The notes beneath the pieces are model-generated. The model was not told the DNA's origin and did no database searches. It saw only the letters and a program-made list of their open reading frames with translations. Source: Gemmatimonas sp. (GTDB taxonomy: Bacteria > Gemmatimonadota > Gemmatimonadetes > Gemmatimonadales > Gemmatimonadaceae). Taken from it: a stretch of DNA of 64,000 bases. The stretch covers positions 32,001 to 96,000 of the forward strand of contig JANNVQ010000041.1 of NCBI GenBank assembly GCA_031414535.1. Direction: 5' to 3'. The position numbers and the translations under genes are program-made. This document shows, piece by piece, positions 37,832 through 48,044 of the stretch (position 1 is its first letter; each line of letters starts with the position of its first letter).

Positions 37832-38991
37832 GTGAAGTTCCAGTGGGCATCGCGCTACTGGGTGCCACCGGTAGCATCGGCGAAACGGCGCAACGCGTGG
37901 TCGCGCGGCACCCTGAGCGCTTTCGCTTCGCGGCGATGACGGCCAATGGGAACGCGGCAGGCCTCGCCGAGGCCGTGACGCGTTGGACGCCCCAGTACGT
38001 GGGCCTCGTGGACACGGGTACAAGCGAGGTGCCGAGCAACTGGGGACGCGGGCCGGCCTGTTTGGTTGAGGCGGCGCAGCATCCGGATGCGCAGGTGGTG
38101 CTGAATGCGGTGGTCGGCGCGGCGGGCCTCGATGCGACACTCGCGGCGCTTGAAGCCGGTAAGCGCGTGGCGCTCGCAAATAAGGAGACGCTCGTGATTG
38201 GCGGTGCGCTCGTCCAGCGCGCGGCCAAGGCGCACGGTGGCTCGGTAATCCCCGTGGACTCCGAGCACTCGGCGCTCTTGCAGTGCTTGGCAGGCCGCAT
38301 TGAGCAGAGCGGGGAAGGCCTGCTGCCCGTGCGTGGCGTCAAGCGGTTCATTATCACCGCGAGCGGCGGTCCATTCCGTACGTGGGAGACCGAGCGCATT
38401 CGCGCGGCACAGCTGAGCGACGCGCTCAACCATCCCACCTGGGCGATGGGTAAGAAGATCACGATTGATAGCGCTTCGTTGGCCAACAAGGCCCTAGAAG
38501 TGATTGAGGCGCACGTGCTGTTCGGCGTGCCCTACGAGAAGATTGAAGTGGTGGTGCATCCGCAGAGTATCATCCACTCGATGGTGGAGTTTGAGGATGG
38601 GAGCATTTTGGCGCAGATGGGCGTTCCTTCAATGGAACTCCCTGTGTTGTACGCGCTGACTTACCCTGAACGGCAACACGATGATGGGGTACCACGGTTC
38701 GATCCGATCAAACATGCGTCCCTGACCTTTGAAGCGGTGCGGCACGATGCGTTTCCGACGCTTGGGCTTGGCATCGCCGCCGGGAAGTCGGGTGGTGCTG
38801 CACCGGCCGTGTTCAACGCGGCCAATGAAGCAGCGGTCGCGCGCGTATTAGAGGGGACGCTCGATTTTGTGCGAATTCCGACAGCCATCGAGCACGCGCT
38901 CGCTGCGCTGTCGAGTGCTAAAGGTGATGACCGAACTTCGTTGCTCGCCGCTGACGCCGCGGCGCGCCGTCTTGTGCAGGAGATGCAGTGA
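37828..38991 (+). CDS. dxr: 1-deoxy-D-xylulose 5-phosphate reductoisomerase
   Basis: LGATGSIG, ALANKE, PVDSEH, TASGGPF, HPTWAMGKKITIDSA. Confidence 0.97.
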   Translation: MSEVPVGIALLGATGSIGETAQRVVARHPERFRFAAMTANGNAAGLAEAVTRWTPQYVGLVDTGTSEVPSNWGRGPACLVEAAQHPDAQVVLNAVVGAAGLDATLAALEAGKRVALANKETLVIGGALVQRAAKAHGGSVIPVDSEHSALLQCLAGRIEQSGEGLLPVRGVKRFIITASGGPFRTWETERIRAAQLSDALNHPTWAMGKKITIDSASLANKALEVIEAHVLFGVPYEKIEVVVHPQSIIHSMVEFEDGSILAQMGVPSMELPVLYALTYPERQHDDGVPRFDPIKHASLTFEAVRHDAFPTLGLGIAAGKSGGAAPAVFNAANEAAVARVLEGTLDFVRIPTAIEHALAALSSAKGDDRTSLLAADAAARRLVQEMQ

Positions 38992-40166
38992 TGCTGAGTT
39001 GGCTTGCTCCGGTGTTGGTTCTTGGGCTCGTAATTTTCGTCCACGAGCTCGGGCATTTTCTGGCCGCCAAGTGGGCCGGCGTGTATGCACCGCGCTTCTC
39101 GCTCGGTTGGGGGAGCCCCATCCTCAGCTTCCGTCGCGGTGAGACGGAGTATGCCATCTCGGCGCTGCCGATTGGCGGCTACGTGCGAATGGCGTCCAAG
39201 GAGGATGAGGCGGCTTCGTCGCTCGAGGGTGGTCCAGAGCTCAAGGCTGACGGCTCGGAAGTCGAGCGCAGCAAGCATTGGGACGAGCACTCGATGATTC
39301 CCCACGGCCCGCTGCCGATTCCCCCGGACCGTTGGTTTGAGTCGAAGCCGCTTTACAAGCGTCTCATCATCATGCTCGCTGGTGTGGTGATGAACGCCAT
39401 TCTCGCCGTGGTGGTCTCTACGGGCGTGTTCGCCTACTATGGCGAGGGCTATCTGCCGGCTGTCGTGGACACCGTGATGGCTGATCGTCCGGCAGCCCTC
39501 GCGGGCATGCAGAAGGGCGACAGCGTGCTGTCCATTGACGGCGTTGCTATCAGCAAGTGGGATGCTGTCCTCGAGCGCGTGAGCGCATCGCCTGAGCGGG
39601 CGTTGACATTCGTGGTGCAGCGCGGCGCGGATCAGGTGTCCCTGACCATCACGCCCGAGGCGCAGGACGCGCCCACGCCGCCTGACGGTGCAATCAGAAG
39701 CGTCGGGCGCATCGGGGTTGGACCACGGGGTACAGCGGCCTTCGAGAAGTTGAGCCTCGGCGAGTCCTTGCGCTTTGGCCTCGGCGCCACGCGACAAATG
39801 GCCGGCAACGTACTCTCTGTGCTCGGCGGACTTTTTCGCGGACAGGTGTCCGTCAGTCAACTCGGCGGGCCGGTGGAGATTGCCCGCGCGAGTGTGACGG
39901 CGGCTCAGAACGGGGCGGCCAACCTATGGGGATTGGTGGCATTTTTGAGCGTCAATCTGGCAATTCTGAACCTGCTCCCGATTCCGTTGTTGGACGGCGG
40001 GCAGATCGTGTTGAACGTCGTGGAAAGCGCCATTCGGAAGCCGCTGCCGGCGATGGTCAAGGAGTGGTATGCCCGCATCGGACTGGCGCTGATTCTGCTG
40101 CTATTCGTGACGGTCACTTTTAACGACCTCAAACGGCTGGTCACGGGCTGGTTTGGGGCGGACTAA
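38988..40166 (+). CDS. rseP: RIP metalloprotease RseP
   Basis: HELGH, PIGGYV, PDZ domain, [11 protein letters not shown]. Confidence 0.95.
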   Translation: MMLSWLAPVLVLGLVIFVHELGHFLAAKWAGVYAPRFSLGWGSPILSFRRGETEYAISALPIGGYVRMASKEDEAASSLEGGPELKADGSEVERSKHWDEHSMIPHGPLPIPPDRWFESKPLYKRLIIMLAGVVMNAILAVVVSTGVFAYYGEGYLPAVVDTVMADRPAALAGMQKGDSVLSIDGVAISKWDAVLERVSASPERALTFVVQRGADQVSLTITPEAQDAPTPPDGAIRSVGRIGVGPRGTAAFEKLSLGESLRFGLGATRQMAGNVLSVLGGLFRGQVSVSQLGGPVEIARASVTAAQNGAANLWGLVAFLSVNLAILNLLPIPLLDGGQIVLNVVESAIRKPLPAMVKEWYARIGLALILLLFVTVTFNDLKRLVTGWFGAD

Positions 40167-40174
40167 GCGCCCCC

Positions 40175-40203
40175 TTTACAGAGGTCCTGAACGGGCCTAA
40201 GTT
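40175..40203 (+). promoter_or_regulatory. Sigma70-type promoter for rpsO-pnp
   Basis: TTTACA-N17-TAAGTT. Confidence 0.55.
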
Positions 40204-40261
40204 TCTGTGCTACCACGGATTAGGCACTCACAGCACTGCACAACGCAGGCAAGGATTTCTG

Positions 40262-40522
40262 ATGGCGTTCGTCAAGACCCCGGTGATCGAGAAGCATCGC
40301 CAGCACGAGACCGACACGGGCTCAACACAGGTGCAGGTCGCGGTACTCACTGAGCGTATCAACTACCTCACGGAGCACTTCCGCGCGCACCACAAGGACC
40401 ACCACGGTCGCCGTGGTCTCCTCAAGATGGTCGGTCAGCGTAAGCGGCTGCTGAAGTACCTGCAGCGGTCGAACATCGACGCTTACCGCAAGATGATCGC
40501 CGACCTCGGCCTGCGCTACTAA
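40262..40522 (+). CDS. rpsO: 30S ribosomal protein S15
   Basis: [31 protein letters not shown]. Confidence 0.98.
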   Translation: MAFVKTPVIEKHRQHETDTGSTQVQVAVLTERINYLTEHFRAHHKDHHGRRGLLKMVGQRKRLLKYLQRSNIDAYRKMIADLGLRY

Positions 40523-40535
40523 GCGCATCACACCT

Positions 40536-40577
40536 CACGAGCGCGCGACCGCACTGATGCGGATCGCGCGCTTCGTG
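40536..40577 (+). promoter_or_regulatory. Long hairpin in the rpsO-pnp spacer
   Basis: CACGA-GCGCGCGA-CCGCA-CTGA-TGCGG-A-TCGCGCGC-T-TCGTG. Confidence 0.55.
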
Positions 40578-40615
40578 TGTCATCGCCCATTCCGGGCACG
40601 CAGAGAACACACAAA

Positions 40616-42850
40616 ATGATGCAACGCATTGAACGGACCTTCGCTGGCCGCCCCCTCATCATTGAGACTGGGCGCATGGCCAAGCAGGCCGCCGGCTCCG
40701 CCCTTGTCACCTACGGCGAGACTGTGCTGCTTTGCGCCGTCACCGTCAGCGACAAGAAGAGCCCACTCCCGTTTTTCCCGCTGACGGTTGAGTACAAGGA
40801 AAAGATGTACGCCTCGGGCAAGATCCCCGGCGGCTTCATCAAGCGTGAAGGGCGTCCCCGCGACGAGGAGATTCTCTCCTGCCGCATCATCGACCGCTCC
40901 ATCCGCCCGCTCTTCCCAGAAGGCTTCCAGAACGAAGTGCAGGTCGTGATCTACGTTCTCTCGGCTGACCAAGAGAATGACCACGACGTGCTCGGTCTCA
41001 TTGGTGCCTCGTTCGCGCTCAGCGCGAGCAAGATTCCGTGGGCAGGCCCGATCGCCGGCGTGCGCGTTGGCCGCATCGAAGGCAAGTGGGTGTTGAACCC
41101 CACGTTCCAGGCGCTCGAGTTCTCTGATCTCGATATGATCGTCGCCGGTTCGGCTGACTCCATCATGATGGTCGAAGGCGGCGCACTCGAAGTCTCCGAA
41201 GCCGATATCGTGGAAGCGCTCAAGGTTGCCCAGAAGGGCATTGGCGAGATCGTCTCGATGCAGGAGGAGCTCGTCAAGAAGCTCGGCAAGATCGAGAAGA
41301 TGGCGTGGAGCGGCGTTGAGATTCCCGACGACGTGAAGAAGACGGTCACGAAGGCTGCTGAAAAGCGCATCGAGGCCGCCATCAACCAGAAGGACAAGGC
41401 CACGCGCATTCAGGCCGTGGAGAAGGTGAAGGACGAAGTGAAGACCGAGATGCTGACGGTCCTCGATCCTGCTCACCAGAACCTCGTTGGCATGATCGTG
41501 GGCGACATCGAGTACAACTCGCTCCGCTCACAGGTGCTGGAGACGGGCCTGCGCGTTGACGGCCGCAAGCCGAACGTCGTGCGCGACATCTCCGTGGACA
41601 CCAAGCTCCTGCCGCGCGCTCACGGCTCGGCGCTCTTCACGCGTGGCCAGACGCAGGCGCTTGTCGTCGCGACGCTCGGCACCGCCGGTGACGTCCAGCG
41701 TATGGACAACATTGACGACGCGAAAGAGACGACGAAGTCGTTCATGTTGCATTACAATTTCCCGCCGTTCTCCACGGGCGAGGCCAAGCCGATGCGTGGC
41801 ACCGGCCGTCGCGAGATCGGTCACGGTGCGCTCGCTGAGCGCGCCATTCAGGCGGTGTTGCCGGCCTTTGAGGAGTTCCCGTACACGATTCGCATTGTGT
41901 CGGAAATCCTCGAGTCCAATGGCAGCTCAAGCATGGCTTCGATCTGTGGCGGTTCACTCGCTTGCTTCGACGCGGGCATCCCGCTGAAGGCGCCGGTGGC
42001 TGGCGTCGCGATGGGACTTATCAAGGAAGGCAAGAAGTACGCGATCCTCACGGACATCCTGGGCACCGAAGACCACCTCGGCGATATGGACTTCAAGGTG
42101 GCGGGCACGGAAGCCGGCATCACGTCCATCCAGATGGACATCAAGATCCAGGGTCTCGACCTCAAGATCATGACCGAGGCGTTGGCGCAGGCCAAGGAAG
42201 GCCGCCTGCACATCCTCGGCGAAATGAACAAGGCGCTCCCGACGGTCCGTCCGGACCTGTCGCCGTGGGCACCGCGCATTGTCACGGTGAACATCAACCC
42301 TGAGAAGATCGGCGACCTCATCGGTCCCAAGGGCAAGACGATCCGCGGCATTCAGGACGAGACGGGCGCCGAAGTCACCGTTGACGACAGCGGCTTGGTC
42401 ACGATCGCAGCCGTTGGCGCCGAAGCGATGGAGCGTGCACGTCAGATGGTTGCGGCGATCACAGCCGAGGCCGTGGTGGGCGAGACGTACACGGGCACGG
42501 TGAAGTCGGTGACGGCGTTCGGCGCCTTCATCGAGATCATGCCGGGCACGGAAGCGTTGTTGCACGTCTCGGAGATGCGTCATCATCGCGTGGAGAAGCC
42601 GGAAGACATCGTCAAGAAGGGTGAGACGGTGACGGTGAAGCTGGTCGAGCGTGACGAGCGTGGTCGCCTGCGCCTGTCGATGAAGGCATTGTTGCCGAAG
42701 CCGGAAGGCGCCGAAGCTTCTTCGGCAGCCGAGGGTGGGAGCAGCGAGGGCGGTGAAGGCCGCAGCGAGCGTCCGCGTAGCGAGCGTCCGCGTAGCGATC
42801 GTCCGCGTAGCGGCGACCGTGGCGGCCGTGGAGGCCGCAGCCGCGAGTGA
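40616..42850 (+). CDS. pnp: Polyribonucleotide nucleotidyltransferase (PNPase)
   Basis: FFPLTVEY, IPGGFIKREG, RAHGSALFTRGQTQ, SNGSSSMAS, TDILGTEDHLGDMDFKVAG; KH and S1 domains. Confidence 0.98.
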   Translation: MMQRIERTFAGRPLIIETGRMAKQAAGSALVTYGETVLLCAVTVSDKKSPLPFFPLTVEYKEKMYASGKIPGGFIKREGRPRDEEILSCRIIDRSIRPLFPEGFQNEVQVVIYVLSADQENDHDVLGLIGASFALSASKIPWAGPIAGVRVGRIEGKWVLNPTFQALEFSDLDMIVAGSADSIMMVEGGALEVSEADIVEALKVAQKGIGEIVSMQEELVKKLGKIEKMAWSGVEIPDDVKKTVTKAAEKRIEAAINQKDKATRIQAVEKVKDEVKTEMLTVLDPAHQNLVGMIVGDIEYNSLRSQVLETGLRVDGRKPNVVRDISVDTKLLPRAHGSALFTRGQTQALVVATLGTAGDVQRMDNIDDAKETTKSFMLHYNFPPFSTGEAKPMRGTGRREIGHGALAERAIQAVLPAFEEFPYTIRIVSEILESNGSSSMASICGGSLACFDAGIPLKAPVAGVAMGLIKEGKKYAILTDILGTEDHLGDMDFKVAGTEAGITSIQMDIKIQGLDLKIMTEALAQAKEGRLHILGEMNKALPTVRPDLSPWAPRIVTVNINPEKIGDLIGPKGKTIRGIQDETGAEVTVDDSGLVTIAAVGAEAMERARQMVAAITAEAVVGETYTGTVKSVTAFGAFIEIMPGTEALLHVSEMRHHRVEKPEDIVKKGETVTVKLVERDERGRLRLSMKALLPKPEGAEASSAAEGGSSEGGEGRSERPRSERPRSDRPRSGDRGGRGGRSRE
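42764..42808 (+). repeat. 15-bp coding tandem repeat x3 (SERPR SERPR SDRPR) in the PNPase tail
   Basis: AGCGAGCGTCCGCGT x2 plus AGCGATCGTCCGCGT. Confidence 0.85.
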
Positions 42851-44124
42851 CCCAAACGTCCGTCGCGACCGCATCCGGCTTGACTGAGCGGGGCGTGCAG
42901 CGGACCGTCCTCCCGAATGGACTGACCGTACTCTCGGAGCATATGCCGGGAGTACGGTCGGTTGCATTGGGGGCCTGGGTCCGCGCGGCGTCCCTGCACG
43001 AATCCCGTGCGCAGATGGGCATCTCGCACTTTCTTGAGCACATGGTGTTCAAGGGCAGCGAGCGGCGCAGCGCGAAGGACATTGCGCTGGCGCTGGAGTC
43101 ACTCGGTGGCTCACTTGATGCGTACACGGCACGCGAGCACACCTCGTTTCAAGCGCGCGTGCTCGACGAGCATCTGCCGCAAGCGGCGGATGTGCTCTTT
43201 GACTTGATGTTCCGCCCGGCATTTCGCGAGGCGGATATGGAACTTGAGCGCGGGGTGATTCTCGAAGAGTTGGCGATGGTCGAGGATACGCCCGATGACA
43301 TTGTGTTTGAAGTGCACGGTGAAGCGCTGTGGGGAGCACACCCGCATGGGTATTCGATTCTCGGCAGCAACGAGACGGTCGAATCGCTGACCATTTCCGA
43401 TCTGCGCGCGTTGCATCGGCGGGCTTACCGCCCAGAGCGCGTGATTGTAGCGGCGGCGGGCAATGTGACGCACGACCAGCTGCTGGCGACGCTTACGGCC
43501 GCAGGCTGGGCCGACTTCAAGGGCGATGGTCCGCTGGAACCGATGCCGGTCCCGCCCGTGCTGCCCGTGGCGCCTGAAGAGCGTCGTGTGGAGCGCGATA
43601 TCCAGCAGGTGCACTTGGTGATGGGCAACGTGACCGTGCCGCACGCGGACAAGCGTCGGCACGCCCTGCTGCTCGTGAACGCCCTCTTTGGCGGCGGGAT
43701 GAGCTCACGCCTGTTCCAGAAGGTGCGGGAGGAGTTGGGGCTCGCCTACAGCGTGCACAGCTTCCAGAGCTTCCACGCCACGGCGGGAAGCCAGGGCATC
43801 TATCTTGGATGTGCTCCGGAGCGTGTGGACGAAGCCCTGTCAGCAATTCGTAGCGAGCTTGCGTTGTTGCAGCTGACGGGTCTCACCGCCGACGAGTTGG
43901 CGATGGGCAAGCAGCAGCTGAAGGGCCAGATCACCTTGTCCATGGAAAGCGTGGCGGCGCGGATGTATCGCGCGGCGGCGGTGGAGTTGTTTGATGAGCC
44001 GTACAAGCCGCTGGATGCGGTCCTGGCTCGGGTGGACGAGATTAGTTCGGGCGAGGTGGCGGAGGTTTGCAGTGCGTTTTACGGAGTGGATCAGCAGACC
44101 ATCGTTCGGCTAGGTCCGAACTAG
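42847..44124 (+). CDS. M16B (pitrilysin-family) zinc peptidase
   Basis: HFLEHMVFKG inverted zincin motif; GGGMSSRLFQKVREELGLAY. Confidence 0.93.
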   Translation: MTQTSVATASGLTERGVQRTVLPNGLTVLSEHMPGVRSVALGAWVRAASLHESRAQMGISHFLEHMVFKGSERRSAKDIALALESLGGSLDAYTAREHTSFQARVLDEHLPQAADVLFDLMFRPAFREADMELERGVILEELAMVEDTPDDIVFEVHGEALWGAHPHGYSILGSNETVESLTISDLRALHRRAYRPERVIVAAAGNVTHDQLLATLTAAGWADFKGDGPLEPMPVPPVLPVAPEERRVERDIQQVHLVMGNVTVPHADKRRHALLLVNALFGGGMSSRLFQKVREELGLAYSVHSFQSFHATAGSQGIYLGCAPERVDEALSAIRSELALLQLTGLTADELAMGKQQLKGQITLSMESVAARMYRAAAVELFDEPYKPLDAVLARVDEISSGEVAEVCSAFYGVDQQTIVRLGPN

Positions 44125-44186
44125 GACGGAAGACGGAGGACGGATGAAAACGGCGGCGTGTGGCATCCGTCATCCGTCATCCGTCC
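44124..44186 (+). repeat. Heptamer-armed inverted repeat between the M16 gene and ald
   Basis: G-GACGGAA-GACGGAG-GACGGAT-G (44124-44146) and C-(ATCCGTC)3-C (44164-44186). Confidence 0.88.
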
Positions 44187-44223
44187 ATTCTTTGACACTC
44201 AACTTTTACTTACGCGGTCCTCA

Positions 44224-45339
44224 ATGAAAATCGGCATTCCGAAGGAAATTAAAACGAACGAGAACCGGATCTCGCTCGTCCCAGCCGGCGCTGAGGCGCT
44301 GGTGGCCGCCGGCCATCAAGTGTTCGTGGAGCAGGGCGCGGGTCTCGGCTCTGGCTTTGATGATTCGCAGTTCGTCGCGGTGGGCGCCAAGATGTTGCCG
44401 ACGGCCGACGAGGTCTGGGCAACGGCGGACATGATCATCAAGGTCAAGGAGCCGATTAAGGTCGAGTGGCCGCGCATGAAGAAGGGCCAGACGATTTTTA
44501 CGTACTTCCACTTTGCCGCGGACGAGGAGCTCACCAAGGCTCACCTCGAGTCCGGCGCGACCTGCATCGCCTACGAGACGGTTGAGCTGCCCTCCCGCGA
44601 GCTCCCGCTGCTCACGCCAATGTCTGAGGTTGCTGGCCGGATGGCGGTGCAGGAGGGCGCCAAGTACCTCGAGAAGCTTTACGGTGGCCGCGGCGTCCTG
44701 CTGGGCGGCGTCCCGGGCGTGGCGCCGGGCAAGGTCGTGATCCTTGGTGGCGGCGTGGTAGGCGTGAACGCAGCCAAGATGGCAGCTGGTTTGGGCGCCA
44801 AGGTTATCATCCTCGACAACTCGCTGCCCCGTCTGCGCTACCTCAGCGACGTGATGCCGGCCAACGTGCAGCTGATCTACTCCAACCGCGCCAACATCCT
44901 CGAGGCAATTGCCACGGCGGACTTGGTGGTGGGTGGCGTGCTGCTACCGGGCGCCAAGGCGCCGAAGCTCATCCGCCGTGAGGACCTGAAGCTGATGCGT
45001 CCCGGCTCGGTGATTGTGGACGTGGCGATTGACCAGGGCGGCTGCGTGGAGACCATCAAGGCGACCACCCACGAGAACCCAGTGTACACGGTGGACGGCA
45101 TCATTCACTATGGCGTGGCCAATATGCCGGGTGGCGTACCGCGCACCTCGACCCTGGCGCTGACCAACGCCACGCTCCCCTACGCGCTCAAGCTGGCCAA
45201 TAAGGGCTGGAAGCAGGCGCTGGCCGAAGACCACGCACTACTCAAAGGCCTGAATGTGGTGGACGGAAAGGTGACGTATCAGGGCGTGGCGGAGGCGTTT
45301 GGCATGGAATACCACGAAGCGTCGAAGTTCGTTAAGTAA
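44224..45339 (+). CDS. ald: Alanine dehydrogenase
   Basis: [48 protein letters not shown]. Confidence 0.97.
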   Translation: MKIGIPKEIKTNENRISLVPAGAEALVAAGHQVFVEQGAGLGSGFDDSQFVAVGAKMLPTADEVWATADMIIKVKEPIKVEWPRMKKGQTIFTYFHFAADEELTKAHLESGATCIAYETVELPSRELPLLTPMSEVAGRMAVQEGAKYLEKLYGGRGVLLGGVPGVAPGKVVILGGGVVGVNAAKMAAGLGAKVIILDNSLPRLRYLSDVMPANVQLIYSNRANILEAIATADLVVGGVLLPGAKAPKLIRREDLKLMRPGSVIVDVAIDQGGCVETIKATTHENPVYTVDGIIHYGVANMPGGVPRTSTLALTNATLPYALKLANKGWKQALAEDHALLKGLNVVDGKVTYQGVAEAFGMEYHEASKFVK

Positions 45340-45467
45340 CTGGACGGATGACGGATGACGGAAGCCGGGGCCCAGCGTTGCTGGGCCCCAACTTCGTTTT
45401 AGGGGTAGTGGCGGTTGGCATCCGTCATCCGTCATCCGTCCAGAAAACTCGTCCGTCTTCCGTCCAG
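45340..45467 (+). repeat. Heptamer-armed inverted repeat with an internal GC hairpin, between ald and mreB
   Basis: CTG-GACGGAT-GACGGAT-GACGGAA-GCC (45340-45366) and GGC-(ATCCGTC)3-CAG (45417-45443), 26 of 27 matches; internal GGGGCCCAGC-GTT-GCTGGGCCCC; extra GTCCGTC-TTCCGTC-CAG to 45467. Confidence 0.9.
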
Positions 45468-45527
45468 TCGTGCAACCGTCTAACTTCAAGCGTAGCAAGC
45501 CTTTCCGCCTTTTCCGAGCTAAGTACA

Positions 45528-46568
45528 ATGTTTAAGTGGCCATTCTTCCAGAACGGAGGATTCCTTCCCGCAAATGCAATTGCGGTGGACCTTGGAACGG
45601 CCAACACGCTGATCTACGTGAAGGGCGAAGGCATCGTACTCAACGAGCCTAGTGTCGTCGCAATAGACCGCGAGACGAAGAAGATCAAAGGCGTCGGTCT
45701 TGAAGCAAAGCGTATGCTTGGTCGCACGCCTGAAGGCGTGATTGCGGTGCGTCCGATGAAGGACGGTGTGATTGCCGACTTCGAAGTCACCGAGAAGATG
45801 CTGCGCTTCTTTCTCGAATTGATTATCAAGAATCATGTGTTCAAGGTGAAGCCACGCGTGATTGTGTGCGTGCCTTCCGGCATCACTGAAGTGGAGAAGC
45901 GCGCGGTGCGCGATTCAGCACTCGGCGCTGGTGCGAAGGAAGTGTTTATGGTCGCCGAGCCGATGGCGGCAGCGATTGGTGTTGGTCTGCCGGTGGAAAC
46001 GCCGACGGGCAACATGGTGATTGACATCGGTGGCGGCACGACGGAGATCGCAGTGATTGCGCTTTCCGGAATCGTGAGCGATACGTCGATTCGCACCGGC
46101 GGTGATGAGATGGACGCGAGCATCGTGCAGTTCATGCGCAAGAGCTACAACCTCTTGATTGGCGAGCCGACGGCCGAGCAGATCAAGATTCAGATTGGCA
46201 GCGCTGCGCCGCTCGGTGAAGAGCGCGAGATGGAAGTGAAGGGACGCGATCTCGTGTCTGGCATTCCAAAGACGGTGCGGGTGCACTCGCAGGAAATTCG
46301 CGAGGCCATCCAAGAGCCGATTCAGCAGATCGTGAATGCCGTGCGCCGCGCGCTCGAGATCACGCCGCCGGAGTTGGCGTCGGACATCGTGGATCGCGGC
46401 ATCGTGATGACGGGTGGCGGCGCGCTGATCCGCGGGCTCGACGTCTTGCTCATGCAGGAGACGGGCCTTCCGATTCATGTGGACGAGGATCCGCTGACCT
46501 GCGTGGTGCGTGGGACGGGTCGCATCCTCGATGATGAGGCGAAGTACTGGTCGGTGCTGAGCACCTGA
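45528..46568 (+). CDS. mreB: Rod shape-determining protein MreB
   Basis: [46 protein letters not shown]. Confidence 0.98.
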   Translation: MFKWPFFQNGGFLPANAIAVDLGTANTLIYVKGEGIVLNEPSVVAIDRETKKIKGVGLEAKRMLGRTPEGVIAVRPMKDGVIADFEVTEKMLRFFLELIIKNHVFKVKPRVIVCVPSGITEVEKRAVRDSALGAGAKEVFMVAEPMAAAIGVGLPVETPTGNMVIDIGGGTTEIAVIALSGIVSDTSIRTGGDEMDASIVQFMRKSYNLLIGEPTAEQIKIQIGSAAPLGEEREMEVKGRDLVSGIPKTVRVHSQEIREAIQEPIQQIVNAVRRALEITPPELASDIVDRGIVMTGGGALIRGLDVLLMQETGLPIHVDEDPLTCVVRGTGRILDDEAKYWSVLST

Positions 46569-46581
46569 GCTAGGGCCGAAA

Positions 46582-47559
46582 TTGTCGCGCGCCTCTCGAG
46601 GGGATTCGCGTGCCGACACCGCGATCGCCATTGCCTGCGCAATGGTGGCCTTGTTGCTCCTCGTCTTGCCCGACGCACCGCGCGAACGCGTCGCGGGAGT
46701 CATTCGAGAGAATCTCATCGGCCCGCTCGCCATGCTGCAGACGCGCGCCCTGCACACGGGACGCGCGCTCGCGGCACAGGACTCCTCGCGGGCCGTGAAC
46801 GACAGCGTCGTGGTACGCTCGCAGCGGCTCGACGCGGTGGAGGCCGAGAACATACGGCTTCGTAGCTTGTTGGGTCTGGGTCGCGCGCTCGAGTGGGGGT
46901 TCATCCCGGCCGAGGCATTAGTGGATCGTGGCGACATCGATCAACACACCGTCGTGCTATCGGCGGGTGCCACGCAGGGCGTGCAGCGGCTGAGTGCGGT
47001 GGTGGCGCCGGATGGTCTGGTGGGAATGGTGCAGGCAGTGGACGCGCGCACGAGTGTCGCCATCGTATGGCCGCATCCGGATTTTCGTGTGAGTGCGACA
47101 ACGTCTGACGGTTCGGCCTTCGGCATCGTGACGGCGCACGCAGGGGAAGGAGCGGATCGCTGGCTGCTCGAGCTCCACGGCGTGCCGTACCGTTCGACGT
47201 TGCGGGCGGGCACGGTACTCGTGAGTTCCGGCCTGGGTGGCGTGTTTCCGCGGGGTGTCTTGATTGGTACCGTTGTGCGTGTCTTGCCGGGAGCGGGTAC
47301 GGGTTGGGCACGGAGCTATCTCGTGCGCCCCGCAGTGCGCCCCAACGATCTGACCTCCGTGATGGTGCTGGCCCCTGAGCGCAGTGCGGAGGGCGTGGAG
47401 AGTGTGTGGCGCCTGCGGGTTGAGCAATTGGAGCGCCGGGTGCGCGCGGCGGCGGACAGTCTGGCATTGAAGGCGGCGGCCGACAGCGCCGCCCGTGCCG
47501 ACACTGTGGCGAGCGTCGCTGTTGACACCGTCCCCCGCACGGAGGCGCCGAGACGATGA
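46582..47559 (+). CDS. mreC: Rod shape-determining protein MreC
   Basis: N-terminal TM, ENIRLRSLL coiled coil, GLVG, SSGLGGVFPRG; synteny. Confidence 0.9.
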   Translation: MSRASRGDSRADTAIAIACAMVALLLLVLPDAPRERVAGVIRENLIGPLAMLQTRALHTGRALAAQDSSRAVNDSVVVRSQRLDAVEAENIRLRSLLGLGRALEWGFIPAEALVDRGDIDQHTVVLSAGATQGVQRLSAVVAPDGLVGMVQAVDARTSVAIVWPHPDFRVSATTSDGSAFGIVTAHAGEGADRWLLELHGVPYRSTLRAGTVLVSSGLGGVFPRGVLIGTVVRVLPGAGTGWARSYLVRPAVRPNDLTSVMVLAPERSAEGVESVWRLRVEQLERRVRAAADSLALKAAADSAARADTVASVAVDTVPRTEAPRR

Positions 47560-48044
47560 ACTTCGCGCGCACGCTGGTCATCACGTTGATGCTGGCCTTC
47601 CTCGTGACGTTGCACTTTACCTTGCGCCCCTTGCTCGACTGGCGCGCGGGTGTGGACTTTCTCGTCATTGGCGTACTGCTCGTGGCGGTGCACGCGCGCC
47701 CCGGCGTGGCGGCGGTGGTTGGTCTTGTGTTCGGCGCGGCCGTGGACGCGATGAGCCCGGAGTCCTTGGGAGCCGGCGCGTTGGCCATGACCTTGATGGC
47801 CTTTGGGGCGTCGCGACTGAAGGCCGCCTTCTTTACGGACGATGTTGCCCTCAACGCCGCGTTTGTGTTTCTCGGCAAGCTGCTCTTCGACCTCGTGGCG
47901 ACGCTTGCCGAAGGCCGCTTGTCCGGTATGACCTTGGTTTGGCAGTTGATGGCCTGGACGCCGCTGTCGGCGCTAGCCACGGCGGCGGTGGGCTTGGTGG
48001 TGTTTACCATCGTTCGCCCCGTCTTTGCGGAGCGGCGCTACTAG
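47556..48044 (+). CDS. mreD: Rod shape-determining protein MreD
   Basis: 162-aa polytopic membrane protein between mreC and mrdA. Confidence 0.85.
   Translation: MNFARTLVITLMLAFLVTLHFTLRPLLDWRAGVDFLVIGVLLVAVHARPGVAAVVGLVFGAAVDAMSPESLGAGALAMTLMAFGASRLKAAFFTDDVALNAAFVFLGKLLFDLVATLAEGRLSGMTLVWQLMAWTPLSALATAAVGLVVFTIVRPVFAERRY

Noticed and set aside
45348..45527. N-terminal extensions of MreB and Ald (44158-44223) and ORFs 32694-33269 and 32806-33090 containing HPSSVIR/TDDG peptides
   Set aside because: These peptides are translations of the heptamer repeat; the conserved proteins start at 45528 and 44224.
47495..48043. N-terminal 183 codons of the 775-aa ORF, suggesting an extended PBP2
   Set aside because: This part overlaps mreC/mreD in another frame; the PBP2 sequence begins at GTG 48044.
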